Shown piece by piece: positions 9,846 to 19,708 of a stretch of 60,350 nt of DNA (positions are counted from its first letter, which is position 1; each line of letters opens with the position of its first letter). Under the pieces are notes generated by a model, which had not been told where the DNA came from, did not search any database, and saw only the letters and a list, made by a program, of their open reading frames with translations. Position numbers and translations under genes: made by a program. The stretch spans positions 1-60,350 of the forward strand of contig CANQDX010000004.1 in assembly GCA_947594065.1 (NCBI GenBank), in the 5' to 3' direction. Source of the stretch: an uncultured Clostridia bacterium. Its GTDB lineage: Bacteria > Bacillota > Clostridia > TANB77 > CAG-508.

Positions 9846-11291
9846 ATGCCTAGAGAAGATTATGAAGTGATTATAGGGTTAGAAGTTCATAGCGAACTTT
9901 CAACTAAAACTAAAATATTTTGTTCTTGTCCTACAGAATTTGGAGGAGCGCCTAATACACATACTTGTCCAGTATGTATGGCAATGCCAGGAACACTTCC
10001 TGTATTGAATGAAAAAGTTGTAGAATATGCAGTAAAAGCAGGATTAGCAACTAATTGCGAAATTTCTAGAAATAGTAAAAATGATAGAAAAAATTACTTT
10101 TATCCAGATTTACCAAAATCTTATCAAATTTCACAATTTGATAAACCACTTTGTGAACACGGATATGTAGAAATTGAAACAGAGAATGGACCAAAGAAAA
10201 TAAGGCTTACCAGAATTCATATAGAAGAAGATGCAGGAAAACTAAACCACGATCCTTATGGTAGAGGTAGTTTGGTTGATTTAAATAGAGCAGGAGTACC
10301 ATTAATTGAAATTGTATCAGAACCAGATTTAAGGTCAAGCAGTGAAGTAGAAATGTATATGAAAAAATTAAAATCTATATTAGAGTATATAGAAGTATCA
10401 GACTGTAAAATGCAAGAAGGATCATTAAGAGCAGATGTTAATGTTTCTATTAGACCAAAGGGAAGTTCAAAATTAGGTACAAGAACAGAAATGAAAAATA
10501 TGAATTCCTTCAGAAGTATTGTAAGAGCAATCGAATACGAAGTAGATAGACAAGTAGAAGTAATTGATAATGGAGGTACAATTACACAAGAAACACTAAG
10601 ATGGGATGATGTATCTGGAAGAACATTTTCAATGAGAGATAAGGAAGATGCACAAGATTATAGATATTTTCCAGACCCAGATTTAGTAGCTATTAAATTA
10701 TCTGATGAATATATAGAAAATATTAGAAAAAATTTACCGGAATTACCTGAAAGCAGAAAAGAAAGATACATAGCAGAATATAGTTTAACAGAAAAAGAAG
10801 CTAATATTTTAACAGCCTCTAAATATCTTTCTGATATGTTTGAAAAAGCTTCTAAAATTTGTGGAAATACAAAAGCAGTAGCAAACTGGCTATTATCTGA
10901 TGTATCTAGAATTTTAAATGAGAAGGAATGGGAACCAGATAGAATACCATTTGCTGCAGAATCTTTAGCAGAATTAATTACATTAATAGAAAAAGGAACA
11001 ATAAGTAGTGCAATAGCAAAGAAAGTTTTAGAAGAAATGTTTGAAACACCAGAAAAAATGCCATCAAAAATAATAGAAGAAAAAGGATGGGTACAAATTT
11101 CTGATGAAGGAGCAATTAAAGAGGTTGTACTAAAAATATTAGCAGCAAATATGCAATCTGTTACAGATTATAAGGCAGGAAAAGATAAAGCATTAGGTTT
11201 CTTAGTAGGACAGGCAATGAAGGAAACAAAAGGAAAAGCAAACCCACAAATGTTAAATAAAATGTTTGTGGAAGAAATAAATAAAATGTAA
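9846..11291 (+). CDS. gatB: Asp/Glu-tRNA amidotransferase subunit B
   Basis: YEVIIGLEVHSELSTKTKIFCSC...; start moved to ATG 9846 (RBS AAGGAGA), 14 codons inside the track ORF. Confidence 0.9.
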   Translation: MPREDYEVIIGLEVHSELSTKTKIFCSCPTEFGGAPNTHTCPVCMAMPGTLPVLNEKVVEYAVKAGLATNCEISRNSKNDRKNYFYPDLPKSYQISQFDKPLCEHGYVEIETENGPKKIRLTRIHIEEDAGKLNHDPYGRGSLVDLNRAGVPLIEIVSEPDLRSSSEVEMYMKKLKSILEYIEVSDCKMQEGSLRADVNVSIRPKGSSKLGTRTEMKNMNSFRSIVRAIEYEVDRQVEVIDNGGTITQETLRWDDVSGRTFSMRDKEDAQDYRYFPDPDLVAIKLSDEYIENIRKNLPELPESRKERYIAEYSLTEKEANILTASKYLSDMFEKASKICGNTKAVANWLLSDVSRILNEKEWEPDRIPFAAESLAELITLIEKGTISSAIAKKVLEEMFETPEKMPSKIIEEKGWVQISDEGAIKEVVLKILAANMQSVTDYKAGKDKALGFLVGQAMKETKGKANPQMLNKMFVEEINKM

Positions 11292-11296
11292 GAATA

Positions 11297-11557
11297 TTAA
11301 GCCATTTGTTTCTTTATTTTATCAAATCCAATTCCTAATATAATAAAATCTGCAAAAAACATTAAAGAAGTCTTAAATAGAGTAGTTCCAGCATAATAAA
11401 TAATTGGCATTTTATAAAATAAAGTATAGATTAATAAAATAATGGTAGAGAAAATACAAAAAGTAAAGGCAAATTTAAAACCATTTTTCATAATTTTTTT
11501 AACCGTGTTATCTAAATTATTAAATTCATTTTTAATTATTTTTATCATATGTATCAA
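11297..11557 (-). CDS. small membrane protein, unknown function
   Basis: 86-aa ORF with two hydrophobic segments; no recognisable motif. Confidence 0.4.
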   Translation of the reverse strand: MIHMIKIIKNEFNNLDNTVKKIMKNGFKFAFTFCIFSTIILLIYTLFYKMPIIYYAGTTLFKTSLMFFADFIILGIGFDKIKKQMA

Positions 11558-11616
11558 CTCCTATTATTAATGATAACACGATAAAAAAGAAAAAACAAAT
11601 GTAAATAATGGAAGAA

Positions 11617-11641
11617 AAAAAGGTGGCATAGCCACCTTTTC
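11617..11641 (-). terminator. palindromic (bidirectional) terminator GGTGGC-ATA-GCCACC
   Basis: AAAAAGGTGGCATAGCCACCTTTT lies downstream of rpsT on the minus strand. A near-identical copy is at 50306-50336. Confidence 0.7.
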
Positions 11642-11654
11642 TTGTTTACTTATA

Positions 11655-11921
11655 TTATTTGCTCATAGCATTTAATTTTTTAGCTAAATTAGATTTTTTT
11701 CTTGAAGCAGTATTTTTAACAATAACACCTTTTGTGCAAGCTTGATCTATTTTCTTTGTAGCTTGTGAAAGTAATGTTTCAGCTTTTTTAACATCACCTT
11801 CAGCAACAGCTAATTCAAAATTTTTAACAGCTGTTTTGTATGCTGATTTAATCATATTATTTTCTAATGTTTTCTTTTCTATAATACCTACTCTTTTAAT
11901 TGCTGATTTAATATTTGGCAT
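11655..11921 (-). CDS. rpsT: 30S ribosomal protein S20
   Basis: MPNIKSAIKRV... 88 aa, a typical S20 N-terminus. Confidence 0.95.
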   Translation of the reverse strand: MPNIKSAIKRVGIIEKKTLENNMIKSAYKTAVKNFELAVAEGDVKKAETLLSQATKKIDQACTKGVIVKNTASRKKSNLAKKLNAMSK

Positions 11922-12085
11922 CTATAAGCACCTCCTCTTGATAAGTCTAAACTATAACATATAACATTCTACCACAAAAAATGAAATATTGCAAGCGAAA
12001 TATGAATTATTGCAAAATTTCTTAAAAAAAGGTATAATTTAGATGCAAAATTAAATATTGAATTTCATTAGAAAGGAAGTATAAT

Positions 12086-13256
12086 ATGGGAAATATTTTT
12101 GATGAAATAAGAGAAGAAATAATAAAAAAAGAAGATACTCTTTCAAAATATGCCTGCAAAAGTAAGGATGCTATATTACTAAAAAAAGATAACAGAATGA
12201 AGGAAAATGAATCAAGAACTTTATTCTCTAAAGATGCTGACAGGATTATACATTCTATGAGTTATACAAGATATATAGATAAAACACAAGTATATTCTTT
12301 TATCGAAAATGACCATATTACGCACAGGGTTTTGCACGTACAACTTGTATCTAAAATTGCAAGGACGATTGGAAAAATATTAAATTTAAATCAAGATTTA
12401 ATAGAAGCAATATCTCTTGGGCACGATGTAGGACATACGCCATTTGGACATATAGGTGAATATATTTTAAATGATATTTGTATTAAAGAAAATATTGGCT
12501 ATTTTAAGCATAATGCACAAAGTGTAAGAACATTAAAAGATATAGAGGGAATAAACCTTACTCTTCAAACCTTAGACGGAATTTTAGCTCACAATGGAGA
12601 ATTATTGCAAAGCGAATATAGGCCAAAAGCAAAAACAAAAGAACAGTTTTTAAACGAATTGAATCAGTCATTTCACGAAGAAAAATATTCCCAAAAAATA
12701 ACTCCTATGACCTTAGAAGGCTGTGTTGTAAGAATTTCGGATATAATAGCATATATTGGTAGAGATATTGAAGATGCAATTATAGTAGGAAGCATAAAGA
12801 GGGAAGATTTACCAACTGAAATAACTAAAATATTAGGTAATAATAATTCAACTATTGTAGATAAAATTATAAAAGACATTATTGAAAATAGTTATGGAAA
12901 AGATTATTTATGCTTTTCAAAAGAAGTTTTCAATAGTTTAATAAAATTAAAACAATGGAATTATGAACATATATATAATTCTAAAGAAGCAAGTAAAAAT
13001 AAGGAAATAATTAAGAAATACTTTAATAAACTATTTTATAAATATTTGGATTACTTAGATGAAAGTAATCAAGAAGTAAACGAAAGTAAAAACAAATTAT
13101 ATGCATTTTTGAATGAAAGGAATGCAGAATATAAGGAAAATACAAGCAAAAAAAGAATGGTAATAGATTACATATCTCGGACATACAGATCATTATTTTT
13201 TAAGAGAATGCGAGTGTAACTTCCCAGAATTTCATAAAGATGTTTTGTATAAATAA
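12086..13256 (+). CDS. dGTPase-like HD-domain triphosphohydrolase, with a +1 frame change at CGG 13178-13180
   Basis: HD motif (THRVLHVQLVS...LGHDVGHTPFGH). The zero frame ends ...VIDYISRTYRSLFFKRMRV* at 13219. The +1 frame from GGA 13179 reads GHTDHYFLRECECNFPEFHKDVLYK* (stop 13254-13256) and restores the family motif DYI[AS]G(M)TD. Confidence 0.75.
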
Positions 13257-13270
13257 TAATATTGAATAAA

Positions 13271-13318
13271 AATTGAACCCAAGTTATTAAACTTTTGTCT
13301 AATAATTTGGGTTCAATT
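13271..13318. terminator. bidirectional hairpin between convergent genes
   Basis: AATTGAACCCAA (13271-13282) pairs with TTGGGTTCAATT (13307-13318). Confidence 0.55.
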
Positions 13319-13325
13319 TATAATG

Positions 13326-13826
13326 TTATACATCTTTTAAATTAGAAGTACAGTGTGGGCATCTAGTTGCTTGTTTATTAATTTCTGAAAAGCAGTAAGG
13401 GCAAAGCTTCGTAGTAGAATTTACGTCTTCTGCTGTTTCATCTTCAATCTCAATTTTCTTTGTAAATTTTCCTAAGAATCTATTATTTTTTTGAATTTTT
13501 GAAATCCTTTTCATTTCCTCTTTTTTAGCTTCTTCTAATTTTGCATTAAATTTATTAACATATTTTACTACTAAAAATAACGAAAACGCAATTAGTAAAA
13601 AATTAACAATAGCTGATATAAAAGAACCATAAGCAATAGTAGTATTACCAATTGTAAATCCCCAATTTGAAAAATCCACATCTCCAATAAAAATTGAAAT
13701 AAATGGCATAATAATATCATCAACTAAAGATTTAACAATAGTTTGAAAAGCACCACCAATAATCACACCTACTGCAAGTTCTAAGGCATTCCCTTTTATT
13801 GCAAACTCCTTAAACTCTTTAAACAT
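13326..13826 (-). CDS. mscL: large-conductance mechanosensitive channel with a C-terminal CxxC...CxxC zinc ribbon
   Basis: MFKEFKEFAIKGNALELAVGVIIGGAFQTIVKSLVDDIIMP is canonical MscL. The start is set at the ATG 8 nt after GGAGG. The C-terminal tail reads CPYCFSEINKQATRCPHC. Confidence 0.85.
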   Translation of the reverse strand: MFKEFKEFAIKGNALELAVGVIIGGAFQTIVKSLVDDIIMPFISIFIGDVDFSNWGFTIGNTTIAYGSFISAIVNFLLIAFSLFLVVKYVNKFNAKLEEAKKEEMKRISKIQKNNRFLGKFTKKIEIEDETAEDVNSTTKLCPYCFSEINKQATRCPHCTSNLKDV

Positions 13827-14022
13827 AAACATTCCTCCAATATTCCATATATTTATATAATATGACAAAAAGCACCAAAAGTCAAATTGCAACTTATATA
13901 AAATTTTTACATATACTATATGAATTATCGTTTAATGTATTGACAACGAAATTTATTCAATATAAAATATAAAAAATAGGAGAATAAATAAAGAAAATTA
14001 AAAATATTTAGGGAGAGATATA

Positions 14023-14358
14023 ATGTATAGAATATTTTGCGAAAGTTATCAAAACTTTCTAAATACATTTGATGGAGATAGTTATAGATTAAGAATTTCA
14101 GAGCCCCTTGAACTAATTGTAAATTCAGACCAGTATCAAAAAGAAGAGGAAAAGCAAAGTGAATTATATAAAAGGTTATGCGATTTAATTTGCTTTATGA
14201 AGGAAAATGTTGAGAGATTCCCAAAATTAAAAGCATTTTTATGGACATTAAGTTCAAGAAATATAAACGGAAAAAAATATGATGTATCAAACCTAGAGGA
14301 ATTGGAAGAACAAACAAAATTAATCAATTCATTTCTAAATCTAGCGTATTGGTACTAA
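14023..14358 (+). CDS. hypothetical protein
   Basis: 111-aa ORF with RBS GGGAGAG upstream and promoter TTGACA-17-TAAAAT at 13940-13968. No recognisable motif. Confidence 0.45.
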   Translation: MYRIFCESYQNFLNTFDGDSYRLRISEPLELIVNSDQYQKEEEKQSELYKRLCDLICFMKENVERFPKLKAFLWTLSSRNINGKKYDVSNLEELEEQTKLINSFLNLAYWY

Positions 14359-14452
14359 GTGACAGACAAATTGCAATTTATTCAAACACCCCTAGACTTT
14401 TATGGAAAAAAATGGTATAATAGTTACATTAAGGAGTTTACTCGAAAACAAA

Positions 14453-17400
14453 ATGAATGCCATTATTAAAAATTTAATTGATAACGAAAAGTTTCAAGAC
14501 TATTTAAAAAATATAAAAGAAAAAATAAGCCCAATTAATTTATTGGGCTTAACTGACGTGGCAAAAATACAATTCTTAGAAGCAACAAAAGAAGAAACAA
14601 AAAAGCCAATATGTATTATTACATATAATGAAATACAGGCAAAAAAACTAATGCAAGACATCAGCTATTTTACTTCTAAAGTTGTATATTTTCCTAAAAA
14701 AGAAATTGTAACTTACGACTATATAGCAGAAAGTAAAGATGCATTTTATGAAAGAATGGAAGCATTAAACAGAATACAAAATGGAAATGTAGATATAATT
14801 GTAACCACAATAGAAGCTTGTATGCAAGAAATGATACCTGCAAAAGATTTGTATTCAAAAACAATGAATTTTCAATTCAATAAACAATATCATTTTGAAA
14901 AAGTTAAGGAAAACTTAGCAAAACTAGGCTACGAAAGAACAGATATGATAGAAGGTAAGGGACAATTTAGTATTAGAGGAGACATAGTTGATATTGCCAT
15001 TACCAATAAAAAAGGGGTTAGAATAGAATTTTGGGGAGACGAAATAGATTCTATTCGTTATTTTGATATTTCCTCTCAAAGATCAACAGAAGAGCTAAAA
15101 GAAATAAAAATTTTTCCAGCAAATGAGTATTTATTAACAGATTCTTTAGAAAAAATAACAAAGAAAATATCTCAGGAAGAAAATTTCAATGCTAATGATG
15201 AAAGAAATGAAATAGTTTCTAATGATATAGAACAAATAATGTCAGGTAATTATTTATCTAAAATTGACAAATATTTTCACTATTTTTACAAGGAAACAGT
15301 AAGTTTTATAGAACATTTGCCAAAAGATACAATTATATTTTTAGATGAAATTACAAAAATAAAGGCAAGAGCAGAAAATATAAAAAAAGATAGTGAAGTA
15401 TTAATAAAAGCTCTTATTGAAAAGCAAAAAATTGTACCACAAGTTTTAGAAGGCTTAAAAGATTTCTTAGAAATTGAAGATATTTTAAGTAAAAGACAAC
15501 AGGTCTTTTTGGAAAAACAAGATATTGCTTTTAATAGACCAAATATGTATAGATTTACTTACAAAGAACTTAATTTCTATAAAAGTAGTATAGAACTTTT
15601 GATAGACAAAACAATAGAAAGTGTATTAAATAATAAAAAAATTATTATTTTATGTGGTAATGAAGAAAACAGTAAAAAGGTAGTAAAAATATTAGCAGAA
15701 AAGGACATTCCACATCTATATTTAGATAACTTAAATCAAAAACTAGAAAATGGAAGGGTAACTATATCTAAAGGAATTTTATCATCAGGATTTGAATGTT
15801 ACGATACAGATTTAATAGTAATTACAAGTGAAGAAATATTTTCTTCAGACAAAAAAAGAAAAAGAACGTCTTCATCTAGTGCTTTTAGACAAGGAGAAAA
15901 GGTTGTATTTGCAGATTTAAAAGTAGGAGACTATGTTGTTCATAGAACAAATGGAATTGGACAATTTGTTGGCGTTAATACAATAAAAACAGGCGATGTT
16001 ACCAAAGATTATATTAAAATAAAATATAGAGATGACGATGTTTTATATGTTCCTACTAATTCTTTAGATAATGTAAGAAAATACATTGGTGCAGGCGAAG
16101 CTATTCCTCAACTAAACAAATTGGGAACAAAAGATTGGGAGAGAGCAAAGGCAAAAGTTAAATCAAATTTAAGAGAAGTAGCCAAGAATTTAATTGAATT
16201 ATATGCAAAAAGAAAAAATGCAAAAGGATTTGCTTTTGGAAAAGATACGGGATGGCAAAAACAGTTTGAAGACGATTTTCCTTATGTTGAAACAGATGAC
16301 CAATTAAGATGCATAGAAGAAGTAAAGCAAGATATGGAGAAGGAAGAACCTATGGATAGGTTGCTTTGTGGAGATGTTGGATATGGTAAAACAGAAGTAG
16401 CTATTCGTGCAGCATTTAAAGCGGTAATGGACCAAAAGCAAGTTGCATATCTTGTTCCTACCACAATTCTTGCAAACCAACAATACGAAACTTTTAAAGA
16501 AAGAATGAAGAATTTTCCAATTAGAGTAGAGTTATTAAATAGATTTAGAACTCAGAAAGAACAAAAAGACATAGTTAAAAAATTACAATTAGGAGAAATA
16601 GATATTCTTATTGGTACTCATAGAATTTTAAGTAAAGACGTTAATTTTAAGGATTTAGGGCTATTGATTATCGATGAAGAGCATCGATTTGGTGTTAAAG
16701 ATAAAGAAAAAATAAAAGAACTAAAAGCAACAGTTGATGTTTTAACAATGACCGCCACTCCAATTCCTAGAACATTACATATGTCTATTGTTGGAATAAG
16801 AGATATGTCTGTTATTTACGAGCCACCTCAAAACAGAAAGCCAGTTCAAACTTATGTGCTTGAATATGATGATGAAATTATAAAGGAAGCAATTACAAAA
16901 GAGTTAGAAAGAGGAGGTCAAGTCTTTTATTTATACAATAATGTAGAACAAATTCTAAGAAAAGCGGAAGAAGTAAAAGATTTTGTCCCAGAAGCAAAAG
17001 TGGAATATGCTCACGGACAAATGAGCGGTAGAGAACTAGAAGATATTATGGAGCGTTTTGTTGATGGTAAAATTAATGTGCTTGTTTGTACAACAATTCT
17101 AGAATCAGGAATTGATATACCAAATGCTAATACTATTATTGTAGAAAATGCAGATAGATTAGGTTTAGCTCAGCTTTATCAAATTAGAGGAAGAGTGGGC
17201 AGAAGTAACACACAAGCTTATGCGTATATCACTTACAAAAGAGATAAGCTATTGTCTGAGGTTGCAGATAAAAGATTAAAGGCAATTAAGGAATTTACTG
17301 AATTTGGTTCTGGATTTAAAATTGCAATGAGAGACCTAGAAATTAGAGGGGCTGGAAGCTTGCTTGGAGAAATTCAGCACGGACATATGGATCAAGTAGG

Positions 17401-17911
17401 TTATGACACATATTGTACAATATTGGATGAAGTTATTAAATCAATGCAGGGAATAGAGGTAAAAGAAGAAAAAGAAATTCAAATTGATTTAAATGTATCA
17501 AGCTATATTTCAGATGATTATATTGAAAATACTTCTCAAAAAATTGAAGTTTATCAAAATATAGCGATTGCTAAAACAGAAGAAGACATTATGGATGTAG
17601 TAGATGAAGTAACAGATAGATATGGAAATATGCCAAAAGAAATGGAAAATTTATTAGAAATTGCAAGAATTAAAATGCTATGTAAAAAAAGTGGCGTGTT
17701 TAAAATTTCTCAAAAAATATCTAATATTGTTTTTTACTTTGATTTAGAATCATTTCATCCAGAGGTAATTGACGATTTAATAAAAGAATATAAAGATAGA
17801 ATAAGATTTTCACCAGGTGCAGAACCTTATATAACTTTAAGAATAAAATCAGAATCTGGTAAAATACTATTAGAAGAAGTTAAAAATTTTTTAAATCATC
17901 TTTGTAAATAA
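14453..17911 (+). CDS. mfd: transcription-repair coupling factor
   Basis: CarD-like domain, helicase motifs GDVGYGKTEVA, DEEHRFGV, TATPIPRTL, QLYQIRGRVGRS and a TRCF C-terminal domain. The start is probably ATG 14453 (the track gives 14402). Confidence 0.93.
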   Translation: MNAIIKNLIDNEKFQDYLKNIKEKISPINLLGLTDVAKIQFLEATKEETKKPICIITYNEIQAKKLMQDISYFTSKVVYFPKKEIVTYDYIAESKDAFYERMEALNRIQNGNVDIIVTTIEACMQEMIPAKDLYSKTMNFQFNKQYHFEKVKENLAKLGYERTDMIEGKGQFSIRGDIVDIAITNKKGVRIEFWGDEIDSIRYFDISSQRSTEELKEIKIFPANEYLLTDSLEKITKKISQEENFNANDERNEIVSNDIEQIMSGNYLSKIDKYFHYFYKETVSFIEHLPKDTIIFLDEITKIKARAENIKKDSEVLIKALIEKQKIVPQVLEGLKDFLEIEDILSKRQQVFLEKQDIAFNRPNMYRFTYKELNFYKSSIELLIDKTIESVLNNKKIIILCGNEENSKKVVKILAEKDIPHLYLDNLNQKLENGRVTISKGILSSGFECYDTDLIVITSEEIFSSDKKRKRTSSSSAFRQGEKVVFADLKVGDYVVHRTNGIGQFVGVNTIKTGDVTKDYIKIKYRDDDVLYVPTNSLDNVRKYIGAGEAIPQLNKLGTKDWERAKAKVKSNLREVAKNLIELYAKRKNAKGFAFGKDTGWQKQFEDDFPYVETDDQLRCIEEVKQDMEKEEPMDRLLCGDVGYGKTEVAIRAAFKAVMDQKQVAYLVPTTILANQQYETFKERMKNFPIRVELLNRFRTQKEQKDIVKKLQLGEIDILIGTHRILSKDVNFKDLGLLIIDEEHRFGVKDKEKIKELKATVDVLTMTATPIPRTLHMSIVGIRDMSVIYEPPQNRKPVQTYVLEYDDEIIKEAITKELERGGQVFYLYNNVEQILRKAEEVKDFVPEAKVEYAHGQMSGRELEDIMERFVDGKINVLVCTTILESGIDIPNANTIIVENADRLGLAQLYQIRGRVGRSNTQAYAYITYKRDKLLSEVADKRLKAIKEFTEFGSGFKIAMRDLEIRGAGSLLGEIQHGHMDQVGYDTYCTILDEVIKSMQGIEVKEEKEIQIDLNVSSYISDDYIENTSQKIEVYQNIAIAKTEEDIMDVVDEVTDRYGNMPKEMENLLEIARIKMLCKKSGVFKISQKISNIVFYFDLESFHPEVIDDLIKEYKDRIRFSPGAEPYITLRIKSESGKILLEEVKNFLNHLCK

Positions 17912-17937
17912 AATTATAATTTTTTAAAGGAGCTAAA

Positions 17938-18732
17938 ATGCAAATTATTACAAGTAAAGATAATGAAATTATTAAAAATATTAGAAAATTAAAAGAAAAA
18001 AAATACAGAGATTTGAATAATGAATATATCGTAGAAGGCATAAAAATGATTAAAGAGGCAATTAAAGAAGAAGCGGTTATTAATTTAATTGTTGTTTGTG
18101 AAGAAAATGTAGAAAGTGGAACAATAGATAAAAAACTATTATATGAAATTGCAAAATATGAGTGTATCTATGTAAATAAAAAAATATTTTCCTTGATTAG
18201 TGATGTTCAAAATCCACAAGGAATTTTAGCAGTTATAAAAAAGCAAAACTCAGAAGAAAATATAGATTATAAAGAAGATATGATTGTTGTTTTAGATGGT
18301 ATACAAGATCCGGGAAATCTTGGTACTATATTAAGAACAGTTGACAGTACAGGTCTAAAACAAGTAATCGTATCAAGAGAAACAGCAGATGCCTATAATC
18401 CAAAAGTTGTAAGGTCAACAATGGGTGCTATTTTTAGAGTAAATATTATTGAAAGTGATAATTTGCTAGAAACATTAAAAAATATGAAAAAGCATAAATA
18501 TAAAATTATGGCAACATCATTAGAAACGCAAAATAGTATTTATGATGTGGATTATAACAAGAAAGTAGTTGTAATAGGAAATGAAGCAAGTGGAGTATCA
18601 AAAGAAATTTTAGAATATTCAGATGAAAAAATAAAAATACCTATGTTAGGAAAAACAGAAAGCCTAAATGCATCAGTTGCTACAGCAATTATCTTATATG
18701 AGTATGTAAGAAATAAAATAAAAAATAATTAA
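17938..18732 (+). CDS. TrmH-family RNA 2'-O-methyltransferase (RlmB-like)
   Basis: 264 aa with an N-terminal substrate-binding domain and the SpoU motifs LDGIQDPGNLGTILRT, IGNEASGVS and ESLNASVATAIILYE. Confidence 0.85.
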   Translation: MQIITSKDNEIIKNIRKLKEKKYRDLNNEYIVEGIKMIKEAIKEEAVINLIVVCEENVESGTIDKKLLYEIAKYECIYVNKKIFSLISDVQNPQGILAVIKKQNSEENIDYKEDMIVVLDGIQDPGNLGTILRTVDSTGLKQVIVSRETADAYNPKVVRSTMGAIFRVNIIESDNLLETLKNMKKHKYKIMATSLETQNSIYDVDYNKKVVVIGNEASGVSKEILEYSDEKIKIPMLGKTESLNASVATAIILYEYVRNKIKNN

Positions 18733-18774
18733 AAAGTATTTACAAATTGTAAAATTTTGTATATAATAAAAATA

Positions 18775-18806
18775 GATAGTAAGGTTACCACAAAAGTGTG
18801 GTTGCC
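18775..18806. repeat. left arm of imperfect inverted repeat (GATAGTAAG...AAGTGTGGTTG)
   Basis: GATAGTAAGGTTACCACAAAAGTGTGGTTGCC; compare the reverse complement of 18987-19019, GATAGTAAGTTATTATTTAGAAGTGTGGTTGTC. It starts 7 nt after TTTACA-17-TATAAT (18739-18767). Confidence 0.7.
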
Positions 18807-18853
18807 AATAAAAATAGAAACATTTCTATTGGTTCTAGAAATGTGAATTTACT

Positions 18854-18952
18854 TTAGAATAAAATAATTAGTATCAAAGTAAATATGATAAATAATAATA
18901 AAATATTAATAATTATTGAAATTACTAATGATTTAAATAATAATTTATTCAT
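18854..18952 (-). CDS. 32-aa hydrophobic peptide (type I toxin-like)
   Basis: Not in the track (under 60 aa). ATG 18952 has a perfect SD AAGGAGGTGA 7 nt upstream. Peptide MNKLLFKSLVISIIINILLLFIIFTLILIILF. An intrinsic terminator follows on the minus strand (ACATTTCTA-gaaccaa-TAGAAATGT then TTCTATTTTTATT, about 18847-18812). Confidence 0.5.
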   Translation of the reverse strand: MNKLLFKSLVISIIINILLLFIIFTLILIILF

Positions 18953-18986
18953 ATTATCACCTCCTTATCTTATGTAAAATGGAGAT

Positions 18987-19019
18987 GACAACCACACTTC
19001 TAAATAATAACTTACTATC
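18987..19019. repeat. right arm of imperfect inverted repeat
   Basis: See 18775-18806. It forms the 5' end of the minus-strand transcript predicted from TTGACT-17-TAAACT (19058-19030). Confidence 0.7.
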
Positions 19020-19112
19020 TATGAACAACAGTTTAATATAATTTATACAAAAAGTCAATAATAATTTTACAAAAAAACAAAAATCCTAATCGAATTAGAT
19101 TAGGATTTTTTC

Positions 19113-19646
19113 TTAAAATAATAAATGAATCATTTTAGGGTAAATGTCCACTGCATTTTCTTTCCAGTTGTCAGAGATTGCTTTTGCGTGCTCCCTAGAA
19201 GATGCAAAAGTAGATACCTCAAAGATAGTTTTATTATGTTCTACAACTTTACAGGTAACCATAAATCCACCATCATCTTGTGGTGTGAATTCAGAAATAA
19301 TAGAAACTTCTTCTTCTATTTCTTTTAATTCACCTTTTATGGTACTATCAATTTTTAATTTTACAATTCCAGGAATTAAATCTTTTGTTAGTTCCAAAGT
19401 TTTCTTTCCACTTGTAGTTAAACGATAAATTTGCTCGCAATGTTCATTTTCTTGATATGTTTCAATATATTTATTTTCAAGTAAATCTAAAAGAAATTGT
19501 TGAAAATAAAAATAATTCATATCTTCAATAGATAAAACCAATTGGTATAACTCATCATTGCTAATAGATCTATCAATTTTATTTAAAATATATAATATTA
19601 ATACTTTATTTTCTGCTAATGTTTCGTTGTCTGAAGTAAGTTTCAT
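19113..19646 (-). CDS. DUF4364-family protein
   Basis: MKLTSDNETLAENKVLILYILNKIDRSISNDELYQLVL... resembles the clostridial DUF4364 family (recollection). Start set at ATG 19646 with a GGAG RBS. Confidence 0.55.
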   Translation of the reverse strand: MKLTSDNETLAENKVLILYILNKIDRSISNDELYQLVLSIEDMNYFYFQQFLLDLLENKYIETYQENEHCEQIYRLTTSGKKTLELTKDLIPGIVKLKIDSTIKGELKEIEEEVSIISEFTPQDDGGFMVTCKVVEHNKTIFEVSTFASSREHAKAISDNWKENAVDIYPKMIHLLF

Positions 19647-19708
19647 TATATAAATCTCCAATCTTAATCGTCTAAAAATAAATTTTGTAGATTACAATTT
19701 AAAAATAA

